Assembly (NCBI GenBank): GCA_946965045.2 | Contig: OX337240.1 | Span: forward strand, 248,001-312,000 | DNA: 64,000 nt | Origin: Epithemia pelagica | Taxonomy: Eukaryota; Protista; Bacillariophyta | Direction of reading: 5' to 3' | In this document: positions 11,435 through 23,100 of the stretch, in pieces | How the letters are laid out: the number at the start of each line of letters is the position of its first letter | Position numbering within the stretch: the first letter of the stretch is position 1 | The notes under the pieces: generated by a model | The model's database searches: none | Told to the model about the DNA's origin: nothing | Seen by the model: only the letters and a program-made list of their open reading frames with translations | Translations under genes and position numbers: made by a program

Positions 11435-11487
11435 TTGTGTTTATGTTTTATGTTATGTTTATGATAAAAACATTTCAGTAAGGACCC
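11435..11487 (-). repeat. Harbinger right TIR
   Basis: Reverse complement of 8253-8305. Confidence 0.95.
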
Positions 11488-14015
11488 AATGTGCCAGGTT
11501 CCCGTCTCGATGCGAACCGGGGAGGATACTTCCAACAAAAAGTACGCCAAGGTTCCTACTTGTCCATCAAAGACATAGGAATAGGAGTCGGCCCCTTCGG
11601 TGTTGATATAGCCACCATTGGCCAGGACCTCCAGTGGCAATTCCGAAGCGTACGAGTTCAAGTCGCCCAAAATGGCCTTGCTTTTACAGGCCGCATTGGT
11701 GGGATCCGAGGCCATCCAATTCACCAAGACCCGTGCCGCATCGGCTCGGACAAAGTTGCAACTGGCGGTCCCATCGTCGGGAATGGGATCGGGATCTCCC
11801 ACGTCCTCACAGTCGGAACCTTTGGACTTGAGATGATTGACAGCCAAGGTAATACAATCACCCTCGCCACGGCCATCCCAATTTCGCAATTGAAAGGATT
11901 GTGCTACGGCCGGTCGGTTCTTGTTGTCCAAAAAGATTGGATCCACACTCGAATCCAATAGGGCCGCGTCATTGACCAATTCGACTCGGCTGGTACGGTA
12001 CACATAGGCATTGGCAATGGCATCGGTTCCCACAAACGGTACACCGGGATCGACAAAGTCGTACACGTCATTGCCGTAGGCCGTGTTGAGGGCTTTGACC
12101 AATTCGTCAATGGCAAAGACACCATCGCCGTTTTGATCTCCACCAAATTCATTTTCAATTTCATTCAAGGCGTAAATGTCCGCATTCATTTCCACCATGG
12201 CCGTGACGAGCTTCTCGAGCTGTCGACTATATTCCTCTTCATTGTCGGCACCACGAGGATTGAGTCCACTGGGCCCGGACGTATTGTCCCCTTGATCCAA
12301 GGTGGTAAAAAAGTTGAGGACATTGAGCGCAACGATCCGCATAAAGACTTGGGCTTGAATGGTCACGGCCAAGGGCGGTTCTTCCGGTCGAGGGTTGGTA
12401 GGAGCAAATTCATTCCAGGGTTCTTGCCCATTGCTGCGGACGCGCCAGGTAGAACTCGAGGCACCATTGCCCGCCCACTGATAGGACAAGACACCGGTAA
12501 GGCTAATGATACTATCGCCCATGCGTGGAGCATTGTCGGTACTGTATACCGGACCAAAGCCTTCGAGGTTTCCAATAAAGGCATTTTGTTGATTCAAACC
12601 AACCGTCGTCGTAGGTGATGCGACGACGGCCCAATGCTTCCAAATGACGATCGTAGGCCGCGGCGTTGGGTTGGTTGAGTTGTGTAAACTGAACCGGACG
12701 ATCGCCAGGCACCAACTTGATCTCGTTGAAGCGAGCGAGTCGGAACATTTCGACAATTTGCAAACGTTCCGGGAAGATCACCAACATGCCCTCGTAGGCT
12801 TCCAAATCAGGTTAGTAATCGTCATTGGCATCGATTGTGGTATTGAGCGGCGGCGAACTCAACAAATGAATCCTTGTTTTCGAGGGCAAGCATCCACAAT
12901 CGTGACCATGGTCACATCCCGAATTTGCGTTTCGCCAAAAAATTCTTGCACCGTTCCCACCACCTCCACAACATTTCCCACACTCACATCGACGGCCGGG
13001 TTGCGACCATCGTACACAAAAATTCCTTCGGATGTCAGGGGATTGTCATCGTAATTCTCTTCGGGTTCTTGCAGAAAAAAGCCATCCAAGTCTCGAGAGT
13101 CATCGGCATCATTGGCTTGAAAGTCACCCGTGACAATGCCACGAATACGGACCAATTTGCCCACCATGGGACTGGTCTCGGTCACGCCCTGAACTTCATG
13201 GATCAAGGCCGGCACGGGTGCCGTAGCAGTGGGAGATGCAGTCGGAGTATTGACCGTGGGAACGGTCGGCGCATCCGTGCCTTGTCGCCGTCCGGCAAGG
13301 CGCAAATTCCGAACGGCGATTGCCTTGGATCCTCCATCCAAACTTCCCGAGACAGTCACGGTCATGGTCGATGCTCGTGTTCCTCGCAGGGACGCTTGCA
13401 AGGTTTGGTAGTCATCCGTCAAGACCACATTACCGGGCGTGACCAACAAGGGTGCGTCCAAGGTCACTTCGGTGCCACTCTCCATGGTATACGTTTGCGT
13501 GGCGGTTTCTTGGACCAAGGTGGTAAAGATGCGACCCATGTCAATACCATCCATCGTATTACTCCACACCCACGCATCCGTGGCCGTGGCAAAGGCCCCC
13601 ATGGCCGCCAGGTCAACGGCCAGGACAAAGTCGGTCGCATCGGGAACCGCCGAAAGATCAAAGTCCTACGTCAAGGAGCACACGGCACCGGGATTGCGCG
13701 GATTGGCCGTATCGACGGCCGCAAAGAATCGATCGGTCGGCCCCGTATTGGTGGAATCGATAATGCCTTGAACATCGGGAGGAAAGGGATTGTCACCGGA
13801 AATCCCCGTGGCGGAATCGTCCGCCAAGGCATACCGGCCTGTTGCGGCCAGGCAGTGACCGTGGCTACACCACACCAATCGCCGGGGGCCCATTCAATGG
13901 GCGACAAGCCATTGGACGTGGTGAGCACGGCACGGGCGAGATTCAAACTCGACGCGCCCACCAAATCGTACGCCAACAAGGTACTGCCGGCGGGAGGAAA
14001 GGACGAATTGGACAT
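11488..14015 (-). pseudogene. 5' and middle part of bacterial-type ExeM/NucH extracellular nuclease (accessory domain, OB-fold, EEP domain), with several lesions
   Basis: GIVTGDFQ..LDGFFLQE..D.NPLTSEGIFVY (OB-fold), DLEAYEGMLV, LNVLNFFTTL..RGAD, ADIYALNEIEN, NRPAVAQSF, VNHLKSKGS and ILGDLNSY motifs. Lesions: frameshift ~13830, TAG at 13666-13668, frameshift(s) ~12830-12880, TAA at 12812-12814, 4-bp duplication at 12597-12604. The 5' end is unresolved (possible signal-peptide exon 14193-14426). Confidence 0.88.
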
Positions 14016-15066
14016 GCTCCTGCGGATGCTGATCGTCCAATATCAATGGCTGGAATGCCTTAGAGGTACTGAAGAAGATGATGATGAAGGAACCGTCGAG
14101 GCTTGTTTGGTTTATCTGTACATGTATATGGATGAGCTGTGATGAGAGAAAGTTTTACCCTCGCCTTGGTAGTGGTTGTATAGGGGTCCTCATTATTGGT
14201 CTTTTTTTTTTCCTCGGCCTCGAAGAACGACAATACTACTCCACACTCCAGGCGGTTCCAGTTTCTCTGGTCGGTATTGCACTGGATTCGTGGTGGTAGC
14301 AAGCAGTCGTTTGAACCAACGGAACGGACCACACAAGAGATTCCAGAATGTATCTTGTGTGTGTGCCCACAAGTAACAAAGAAGGAGAAGAAACAGGAAT
14401 CTCGAGTAGATTCCATTGGTTGGCATCAGAACCGTACTGCTCTGGCTCTGTGCTACTCTTCATTGGGTGGCAGCAAACAAGGAGGAACAATCAGGAAGGA
14501 CGGTGAAGTACCAAACAGAATCTTGTGTAGATTCCATATTACAGCCACTACTCATCCTTTTATTTCGCAATGCTTCTGCATGTGCCGACAGGCAGTGTCG
14601 TCTTGCAGCAGAACCAGGGAGGATTTGGATGGAATTTTCTCCACCGTTCTTCTAGTAGTAGGATGACCCCAACGGATGTGGTTTTTGGTCGAGCAACACA
14701 ACCATAACGGCAACGAATCTGTTGTTATAATACGTCGTGGAACCGCTGCCAAAATTGGGCTCGTTGGTGGGATCCATCGGTTGAAAGAGTCTCTCTCTTT
14801 CAGACTCTCTAACATGTTTCTGCGGAGGTCCATTGTCAACGGAAATTCGCTACTGGCCATTTTTGGTCACACCGAACTCGTGCCTGGATTGTGTGGCAAC
14901 GGAAACCTCGTCCGGCTCGCAAGTACTTCCGAATGAAGATTCACACCTGAGAATCGGCCGACGGGCGGACGGACGGACTGTGACCGACAGACCAATGGAA
15001 CGGGTGATGGACGGACACTCGGAACCACAGGCACCACCCACCTCTACAGAGAAGCACCACAGGACC

Positions 15067-16017
15067 ATGGGAAAACCCAAACGCTCTCCTCCAACGGCAA
15101 CAACAGCTGCCGTGGCAGAATTCAATCCTCAAGGAAGAATGAAAGCGGTTCCTGCCTTTTCGGAAACGAATAATAAAAGCAAACAAGAGTCGCCATGGTC
15201 ATTTCAACCGTCCCAGAACAACAACAAGGCCGACGTGTCGTCGTCGTCGTTCCTGCGACACTTGTCGTCGTCTCGAAGGGGCCTGGGAGCCACTACTACC
15301 ACTCGCAGCAAAGCCTCGACTTCCCAACACAATTTGGAACGCCGTATCTCGACCATTGGTCAGAAACGCAAAAATCGTCGTCACCAAGACCATGACGACG
15401 ACGATGATGATGACAAAGAAGAAGAGAACAGGCACGACGACCCGTTCGAAGATGAGGAAGGTGGTCGAACATCGATTGGGCCACTCGCCAAACCATTCCA
15501 GGCTCCAAACAGTCCAGTTCCAAACGAGTCCAAAATGACAAAGAAGAAAAAGAACAAGAAAAACAAGAAGAATCCACCGGAGGAGGAGCCAGTCTCTCGG
15601 CCACAATCATTGACGGAGGGGTCTACGACCATCGATTCCAACAAGAACAAGAACAACAAAGGCTCGATCGTCCTCAAAGAGGCGGACTCCCCAACGGCGA
15701 AGCAGCCAAACGAGACTCGACGCGTTGCGGCCGACACGACAAATCCTCCTCCTCCTCTTTCCACAGACAACAACGACCAACACAACCAACCGACTGCCAC
15801 CCACAACAACAACAAGAAAAACAAGAGAAAACGTCTCAAGGTTCGCAGTCGTCAAAAGAATATTCGCAAAGATACGCGTCCAGATCATGCCAAACCATTG
15901 CATTTGCAATTGCATGGTCGACCCTCCTTTCAACCCTACCAAGGACGACCCTTGACGGCCGAAACACGGCGATACTGCAGTAGGACTCGTCACGAGAAAC
16001 AACCAGCCGAACCATGA
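15067..16017 (+). CDS. Lys/Asn-rich hypothetical protein with ordered basic C-terminal motif
   Basis: ORF 14833-16017 (likely ATG 15067). Low complexity, then KVRSRQKNIRKDTRPDHAKPLHL..YQGRPLTAETR. Confidence 0.65.
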   Translation: MGKPKRSPPTATTAAVAEFNPQGRMKAVPAFSETNNKSKQESPWSFQPSQNNNKADVSSSSFLRHLSSSRRGLGATTTTRSKASTSQHNLERRISTIGQKRKNRRHQDHDDDDDDDKEEENRHDDPFEDEEGGRTSIGPLAKPFQAPNSPVPNESKMTKKKKNKKNKKNPPEEEPVSRPQSLTEGSTTIDSNKNKNNKGSIVLKEADSPTAKQPNETRRVAADTTNPPPPLSTDNNDQHNQPTATHNNNKKNKRKRLKVRSRQKNIRKDTRPDHAKPLHLQLHGRPSFQPYQGRPLTAETRRYCSRTRHEKQPAEP

Positions 16018-16895
16018 CGATCCAAACGGTGTTTGTGCTTCTTTCTGGACGGCGGGAGCCACAACACGGTTGACACCGAATCTACACGGTTGACACGACC
16101 AAATCAACGATAGACGTTCCACCCCATGCGCGCCTTGACACGAAAGGAGCCAACGCATGGTGGTGGTGGTGAGATTGAGTTCGGCTCGTTGTGGGACGGT
16201 ATGGTCGTCCTCTTGTCATGATTGTCATGGTCGTCAGGATGATGATTATTATTGTTATTATTATTATTATTTGTGGAACCACGCTTCCAAAGCCGCAGCG
16301 CCTGTCGTTCCTGGCAAACAACAAGACATGGATCCATATAAAGGACAACGACAAGAATGACAAGGAGTACTGCAACAAGTCTCCACCATCCACGTATCCT
16401 CCTATTAGGTATTACCATACTATAATAGGACATGGAACTCACACAAGACAATTGTTGGTGATTCTCTCATGTTCCTCTTCTCCTTTTTGATACAAACGTG
16501 TGTTGTTGTCTTTGGATCGCGTGCCACCATGTTTCTCTACGGAGTAGAGAGGAGTCTATACCTATACATAGGAGTGGAGCTGGCAGCTATTACTCCTTAC
16601 TCCTACCGTCTCTGCTCTAAATTGTGCTAGCTCTCCATAAAGGGAACGAGTTGATGGATCCATCAACAATCATTACTATAGAGTGGAATGTAGGACTGTA
16701 CAGCTAAAAGTAGAAGAAGATCCAAAAGATACCTCAAAGATACCCCTTTCAACGTTCCATCCTACGACTGCTGGTTGTTGCCATCTGTTGCCCATCAACG
16801 GTAGATCTCTTGCTCTCTCTCAAAAAGACACGGCATCTCATCATTGACTTGCTCCTTTTTCCTATTGATTGGAGTTTTGGTGCTATTTTGGGACC

Positions 16896-18315
16896 ATGAA
16901 CCGCATTATTTCACGTGCTCTCTTGTTCTTGATGGCGTCGGCGTCGACGCACGCCTTTCAACCATCATTGGTGGTACAAACTCGTCGTCGTAGTGCCACA
17001 ACGACTGCCTTGTCGTCGTCTACCAAACACGACGACAAGGATCGCCGTCACTTTTTGACCGCGTCGGCTGCGGCAGTCTTGTCGTCCCCGTTCTTGTGGG
17101 GCCTGTCCACCAGTCCGGCCCAGGCGGCCGATGCCTTGGATTATAAGGCCGTGTCGGCCGATATTGCCGAATTGATCCAAAAGAATCCGGATTGGGCACC
17201 GGTACGTGTCAATGCGAACACCACCAGAAACAGAGACTTGTGTGTGCACGCGCCCGTACACTATACTATACTCACAGGGTTTTTCTTGGCTGATCCTTTG
17301 GCATGTTCCACCGAATCGCGAATCTGGCATCATGGTTCCAAATTCTACGATACTCCTCCTACTACTTCTACTGCTATTCTACTATTAGACCTTTATTCGC
17401 TTGGCCTGGCACAGTTCGGGCACGTACGATAAGGAAACCAAGACGGGTGGATCCGGTGGGGGTACCATTCGATTCAAGTCGGAATTGGCTCATGGGGGCA
17501 ATGCTGGATTGGCCGATACCGCCGTTCCCTGGCTCGAACCGAGTACGTCTATAATAAAATGTCTCTCTATGTGTTGTTTGGTTGGTTGTGGTTTCTGCTT
17601 GTTGTTATGGGTGTTCTCATGATGCCACGAAACACACCTTTTTGTTTGCGTTCTGCTTGTTGTGGATTCGCCTTCCGGCCCTGCTACTCCATCTCCACAC
17701 TCGACGACAGTTTATACCAAATATTCCGAAGCCGGCTTGTCCTATGCCGATTTGTATACCTTGGCGGGTGTCACGGCCATTCACGAAATGGGCGGTCCGG
17801 TGATTGGCTGGAGTAGTGGCCGCGTCGATGCGCCGGATGAGAGTGCCGTGACACCCGATGGTCGCTTGCCCAATGCCGATGTCGGTCCGCCCTTGTCCGA
17901 TCCCAGCGATGCCGCCCATTTGCGTACGATCTTTAATCGCATGGGCTTTGACGATCGCGAAATTGTGGTCTTGTCCGGCGCCCATGCCGTGGGGCGGTGT
18001 CATACGACCGCCTCGGGCTATGACGGACCGTGGACCTTTACGCCCACGACGTTCAACAATGCCTATTATCAATTGCTGCTGACGCTGCAATGGATTCCCA
18101 AGGATTGGTCGGGACCGCCGCAATACGTCGATGGACGAACGGGAACGCTCATGATGTTGCCCTCCGACTATGTCTTGTTGAGTGACAAGAAATTTTTGAA
18201 ATGGGTCAAGGTCTATGCCAAGGACAATGCGAAATTTGAACAAGATTTTGCCAAGGTCTTTCAAACTCTCGAAGAATTGGGAACCAGTGGACTCACACCC
18301 ACCGAATGGGTCTAA
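16896..18315 (+). CDS. Class I heme peroxidase (cytochrome c peroxidase/APX family) with plastid and lumen-type presequence; exons 16896-17201, 17389-17542, 17711-18315
   Basis: The two GT-AG introns give [21 protein letters not shown] and WLEP-I-YTKY. Distal R-W-H, proximal [16 protein letters not shown] and MLPSD motifs are present. Confidence 0.92.
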
Positions 18316-18867
18316 GAAAACAACCAGAAGAAACCAAGAAACGACACGGACGAACCAAACGTAGTTTGGCAAGTACACTAGGAATACCGGTAAGAGAGGA
18401 GGAGTTTTGGGATCGGAAGAGAGAGAGAGAGAAGAAAGAAAAGGGTAGAGTTGGAGGAACAAAGAATGCTTTGTTGGTGGCTTTCGTAGTCTAGTATACT
18501 AGTAACCTGTGGTGGAAAGTAAACTGAAAAACATATACCTAGATCCTTTCCAGGAATCCAAACGTACCACGAATGCAAAAACCCACCTTTTACCACTAGA
18601 GAGTCCTTTTGCAGTGGCGCCAAAAAGGAGGTATATGATATATGTCACCCGCAAAGGAGCGGAGACACTCTATATACAGTGCAGCGATCAGCGATCTTTT
18701 GTGGAGTGACACTAATAATATATTATAGAGAGTCCTCTTGTGCCCACAACGAACCATGGTCGCCCTATCGCAGTAGTAGAAGTAGTCAAACTATACGGAC
18801 TATACTATAGAGAGTTCTGATGGGTGACCTTATTTTGATTGGGCACTACAATCATTTATTCACTCAC

Positions 18868-19165
18868 TCACTCATGCCGACGACGACAGAACAGTTTGGA
18901 CAAGGTGGGAGCATTGACAATGAAGAGAAATCCCACCAAGGCAAAGGAAACGATCCAAAAGGATGGATAAAACAAGTCTTTACAGTCATCCGGTCGCGAT
19001 GTGCCCACGTTGGGATACACCAAGGCGGCTCCATAACCCAACAAAAAGGTGAGAACCGCCATGCTCAAAAAATGATGTACCCCCCGCAACGAACCGCAAT
19101 ACGACGTGTTGTCGTTGTTGGTGGTGGTGTCGTCTTGCTTGTTGGAATCGTCTTGCTCGTCCTTG
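18868..19165 (-). pseudogene. 3' part of a 4-TM (TMEM272-like) gene split by the Copia element
   Basis: KDEQDDSNK...LTFLLGYGAALVYP..DDCKDLFYPSFWIV; continues in frame from 25365-25680 across the CCTTG TSD. Confidence 0.75.
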
Positions 19166-19458
19166 TGTTGGAAATAATGAGACAAGCGAAAAAATGATTC
19201 ACGAGTGCTCGGCATCGCCCGGAGTAAAAAATCAAACAATGACGGGAAGTACATACAGAAACAGTCACGAACATACACGCGAGCCAGAACGGAAACGCGT
19301 AACGTTCGCTGACGTGGTGAGATTTGGAAAAACAAAGACGAGCAAGGCGAAGAAATCCTGTGCTCATTCTTTGGAGATAATCAAGGCAGTAAAGTAAAAC
19401 GACGTTTGATTTACGACGATAGTGCTTAAGCTGACGGCTCTGCACCCATCGTACAACA
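19166..19458 (+). repeat. 5' LTR (293 bp)
   Basis: No difference from 25072-25364 seen by eye; the internal 67-aa ORF translation is identical in both. Confidence 0.95.
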
Positions 19459-19506
19459 TTATCTCCAAAGAAAAACGATTTGCTTTCTACCCAGTGTCAA
19501 AGTCCA

Positions 19507-20190
19507 ATGCCAAGCGCGCGAGATATCGGTCAAGAACGTGGAAATCAAGAATACAACGAGTTGATACAAGAGCTCATCAATTTGTCCATCCGACAACAAG
19601 AAATCGCACAACGACTGCGAGATCTCCGACCGGCCAATCCTCAACGGCCACCAGTGGCCGTCTCTGTGGCCCAACAAGTACAAGCTGATTACGAGACGGG
19701 AGACGGCGAAGAAGAGTTGACCCCAAGAAGCAACGAGACCTCTCACGCGGGTGCCAGTATCGCAAGTTCGTCTGTTGAGGTTGTGGGCGTTATCCGTCGA
19801 GTTGAGAGAGAGAAACAACGAGAGCCATCCGAGTACACGCCTGCCGAACTCACTGCACTCCAAAGTGGATGCACGTTGTGGACGTCTGCGACAACAGGGA
19901 AACGGTACATCATTCATCCCAGCCGACGCTCTTTTGCCATCGGGGATATCGTCAAGACTTCCAACCCTGCCAATCCGGGAAACGACCTGGCGCCCTCTCG
20001 ACGAGACGGAACAGGCGTGATTACTAAGGTGCACACTGTCCAAGTGTCGCTTCGTACTGACAGTGGACAAGAGATAAGGCGAAGCAGGAACAACGTTCGG
20101 TATCTCTCGGCCGAACGAGATGAGCAGTACGCCCAATTCGAGCCCGTCGAACCAGGCCGGCGCCCCAACTACGCCAAGTACCGCGCCTAA
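19507..20190 (+). CDS. Extra retrotransposon ORF (ORF0), 227 aa: coiled-coil plus SH3/KOW/Tudor-like segment
   Basis: Intact ORF between the 5' LTR and gag-pol. EYNELIQELINLSIRQQEIAQRLRDL helix and FAIGDIVKTSNP...GTGVITKVHTVQVSLRTDSGQEIRRSRNNVRYL beta-rich segment. Fold call is inference. Confidence 0.7.
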   Translation: MPSARDIGQERGNQEYNELIQELINLSIRQQEIAQRLRDLRPANPQRPPVAVSVAQQVQADYETGDGEEELTPRSNETSHAGASIASSSVEVVGVIRRVEREKQREPSEYTPAELTALQSGCTLWTSATTGKRYIIHPSRRSFAIGDIVKTSNPANPGNDLAPSRRDGTGVITKVHTVQVSLRTDSGQEIRRSRNNVRYLSAERDEQYAQFEPVEPGRRPNYAKYRA

Positions 20191-20191
20191 C

Positions 20192-23100
20192 ATGGAAGGA
20201 AACCAGTCCAACGGTGGACGTGGAAGACGTGGAGGTCGTGGTAGAGGCCGTGGTGGTCGTGGTGGTAGAGGAGGACGAGGTGGCCCACACAACAGTGGGA
20301 CAACATTCAAGGGTAATACAGAAGGTATGAACGGTAATATCTTTCAAGTGTTCTACGAGTGCAACGATAAGCGCCAGTTCGCACGAACGCTGGAGGCGCT
20401 GGAAGAATACATCGCCAAGAATTACAAGCATGCGGGTGACATGATGCCTTTGACGAGGGAATTGAAGAATCCGGAAATTGCTGAACCAGCCGACCTTCCA
20501 GAAGGAGAGACGAGTCGCGTGAAGACAATCCTCCTCGAGAAACAGATCGCTGCCTATGTTACACGATGTGACATATTGGAAAGCAACCTCCAGGCCACAT
20601 ATGCAGTGATATGGGGGCAATGTAGTGAAGCAATGCGCGCCAAATTACAAGGATTAGAAAAATACAACGACGCCCGAGACAAATGTGACTGTGCTTGGCT
20701 CCTAACACAGATCAAGGCAATACGACACAAGTTCGAAGAGAAAAGATATGGGTATGCGTCTCTGAATGACGCTTATAACAATTTTTATTCACACCGCCAA
20801 CAGAATGAAGAAGCCCTGGCGGATTATCTGCACCAGTTCAAGGAGAACGTTGATGTTCTGGAACATTATGGTGGTGCCGTGGGGGTCGACAAAGGTTCTC
20901 AAGAGCTCATTGAGAAGTATCTAGAGCCTGGAGAGACCGTGTCCTCCGAAACCAAGAAGAAGATGAGTCGTGATCGCGCTCTGGCGATCCAATTTCTCAA
21001 GGGTGCCGACCGCAAACGTTATGGAAATCTGCTGATTGAGTTGGAAAACCAGTTTTCCAGAGGAACTGACCAGTATCCTCCTGATTTGACGACGGCATAC
21101 GGCATGCTCGTCAGCTACCGAGGCGCTAAGCAGTCCGCACCGCCATCCTCTCCCTCGCCCAGTCCAGGCTTACAGTTTGCTCAGACTGCTGATCCCGTGC
21201 CCGGTCTTGATGGCGTTCTCCATGAAGGAATTACTTGTTTTCACTGCCGTGGGCCCGGACATTATGCAAGTCAGTGTCCCCACCGACAAGATGGGACTGA
21301 GGGTAATGCCGGAGTCACCATGCTCCACCATCACCAACCCTCCTCATACAACTTCACCTTCGCTCACGTTGATTGTTGCCTCTCCCAGTCACGTGTCGCC
21401 ATCCCATCCACCTGGGTGCTTCTCGACAGTCAATCAACTATCTCGGTTTTCCACAATGCCTCTCTGCTCCGTAACATTCGGCCATCCTCCCATCCATTGA
21501 CGGTTTACACTAATGGTGGTAAACAGGTTTCTCGTTTGGTGGGTGACATTCCCAACTTTGGAGAAGTGTGGTACAATCCACAGTCTTTGGCCAACATCCT
21601 GTCTCTGGCCGCTGTTCGGCAACAATGTCGCGTCACAATGGACACCTCTGGTGATCCATCCATTGCGGTCCACCGCCGGGATGGAACGGTAATGCTTTTC
21701 AAAGAGAGTCCCATGGGTCTATATTATTTTGATGTCAGTGACCCCTCTAACTTTACTAGTTCTCCCTCTGCTCCTTATCTTTTTCTCAATAACGCGACCG
21801 GATATTCCCCTCGGGAGGTCGAAGGAGCGGATCGCGCGCGGATTCTATACCGGCAACTCGGTCGACCCTCCCAACGCGATTTCCTGGACGCTCTCGCACA
21901 CAACGTGATTCAAAACTGTCCCGTCACCCCCGAAGACGCACGCCGCGCCCTCAAAATTTATGGGCCCGATCCCGCAACCCTCAAAGGCAAGACCGTCAAG
22001 CGACCAACACCAGCAGTCCCACAACTCATCCCAACGGACATCCCTACCAAAATCAAACAAGAGCACCAGCGCGTGACGATATGCGCCGACAACTTCTATG
22101 TACAAGGTCACATTTTTTGTCATACGATCAGCCGTCACCTACATTTCCGTACAGTCGCCGCCATCGAGAACCGACGCAAGGCGACCCTCGAAAAAGAAAT
22201 CAAGGACGTAATCCACATGTACCAAGCTCGTGGCTTCGAAGTGACCGACCTGCATGCCGACAACGAGTTCGCACCAATCCAACAGAACATCTTGCCCGTC
22301 CTGTCAAATATTGTGGCGGCCGATGACCACGTCGGCCAAGTTGAACGTTCTATACGAACAATTAAAGAGCGAGTCCGTGCTACCGTCCATGGCTTACCGT
22401 ACCGCCGATATCCTACACTAATGGTAAGGGAAGTGGTGGCCCATGCTGTCAGGACGCTCAACCAACTACCGAGCAAGAAAGGTGTCTCTGCAACAATGAG
22501 TCCGAGAAAAATCGTGACTGGTCTTCCCGACCCCGACTACAACAGCATGAAAATTGAATTTGGGCACTATGCCCAGATCTTCGAGGAACGACGACGAACG
22601 AATACGACGGCCCCAAGAACAATCGGAGCCATAGCACTCAATCCCACGGGTAACGCCCAAGGGAGCTATTTCTTTTTGTCACTCGCCACAGGAGCGCGGG
22701 TATCAAGACAGCAATGGACGGAGCTTCCCATCACACAAGCAGTTATTGACCGCGTCGAAGAATTGGCCGAACAACAAGAACAACCCCTCATAGATGGAGA
22801 ACTGGTTTTCGAGTGGGCCCCCGATATACCAATCCACGACGACGAACCAGACGGTATTGACGACAACGAGGACGAAACACTCGGTGAAGAAGAAGGAGCG
22901 GATCCAATGGATTCAGACGACGATGACGGAAATAACGAGGAGCCTGGACCTGAAATAGACGAAGAGTCCAGCCAAGACGAGATACCTGCGTCGGACGAAG
23001 AAGAAGAAGAGCCACCCGTCGTGTCAACAACAGACGAAGACGACACCGTCGACCCAGTCATCGATGACGAGCCGGAGATGGAAATCGAGGAACCATCGGA

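Larger units (their letters stand above)
8253..11487 (+). mobile_element. Autonomous PIF/Harbinger DNA transposon, 3235 bp
   Basis: 53-bp perfect TIRs starting GGGTCCTTACTGAAATG. AAT duplicated at 8250-8252 and 11488-11490. Convergent, intact DDE transposase and Myb/SANT-like ORFs. Confidence 0.95.

Noticed and set aside
11374-11487. ExeM C-terminus GSLLKCFYHKHN...
   Set aside because: Read-through into the Harbinger TIR; the true C-terminus is at 7854-8252.
5340-14015. Bacterial contamination or chimeric contig
   Set aside because: The flanking genes have spliceosomal introns, a eukaryotic Harbinger is inserted in the gene, and the tails are diatom-like low-complexity sequence.
12874-14142. 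422-aa + strand ORF
   Set aside because: Antisense shadow of ExeM.
20120-20191. Gag-Pol start at 20120 overlapping ORF0
   Set aside because: The added 24 codons are ORF0's alternative frame; ATG 20192 directly precedes the RGG-rich Gag start. Not fully excluded.
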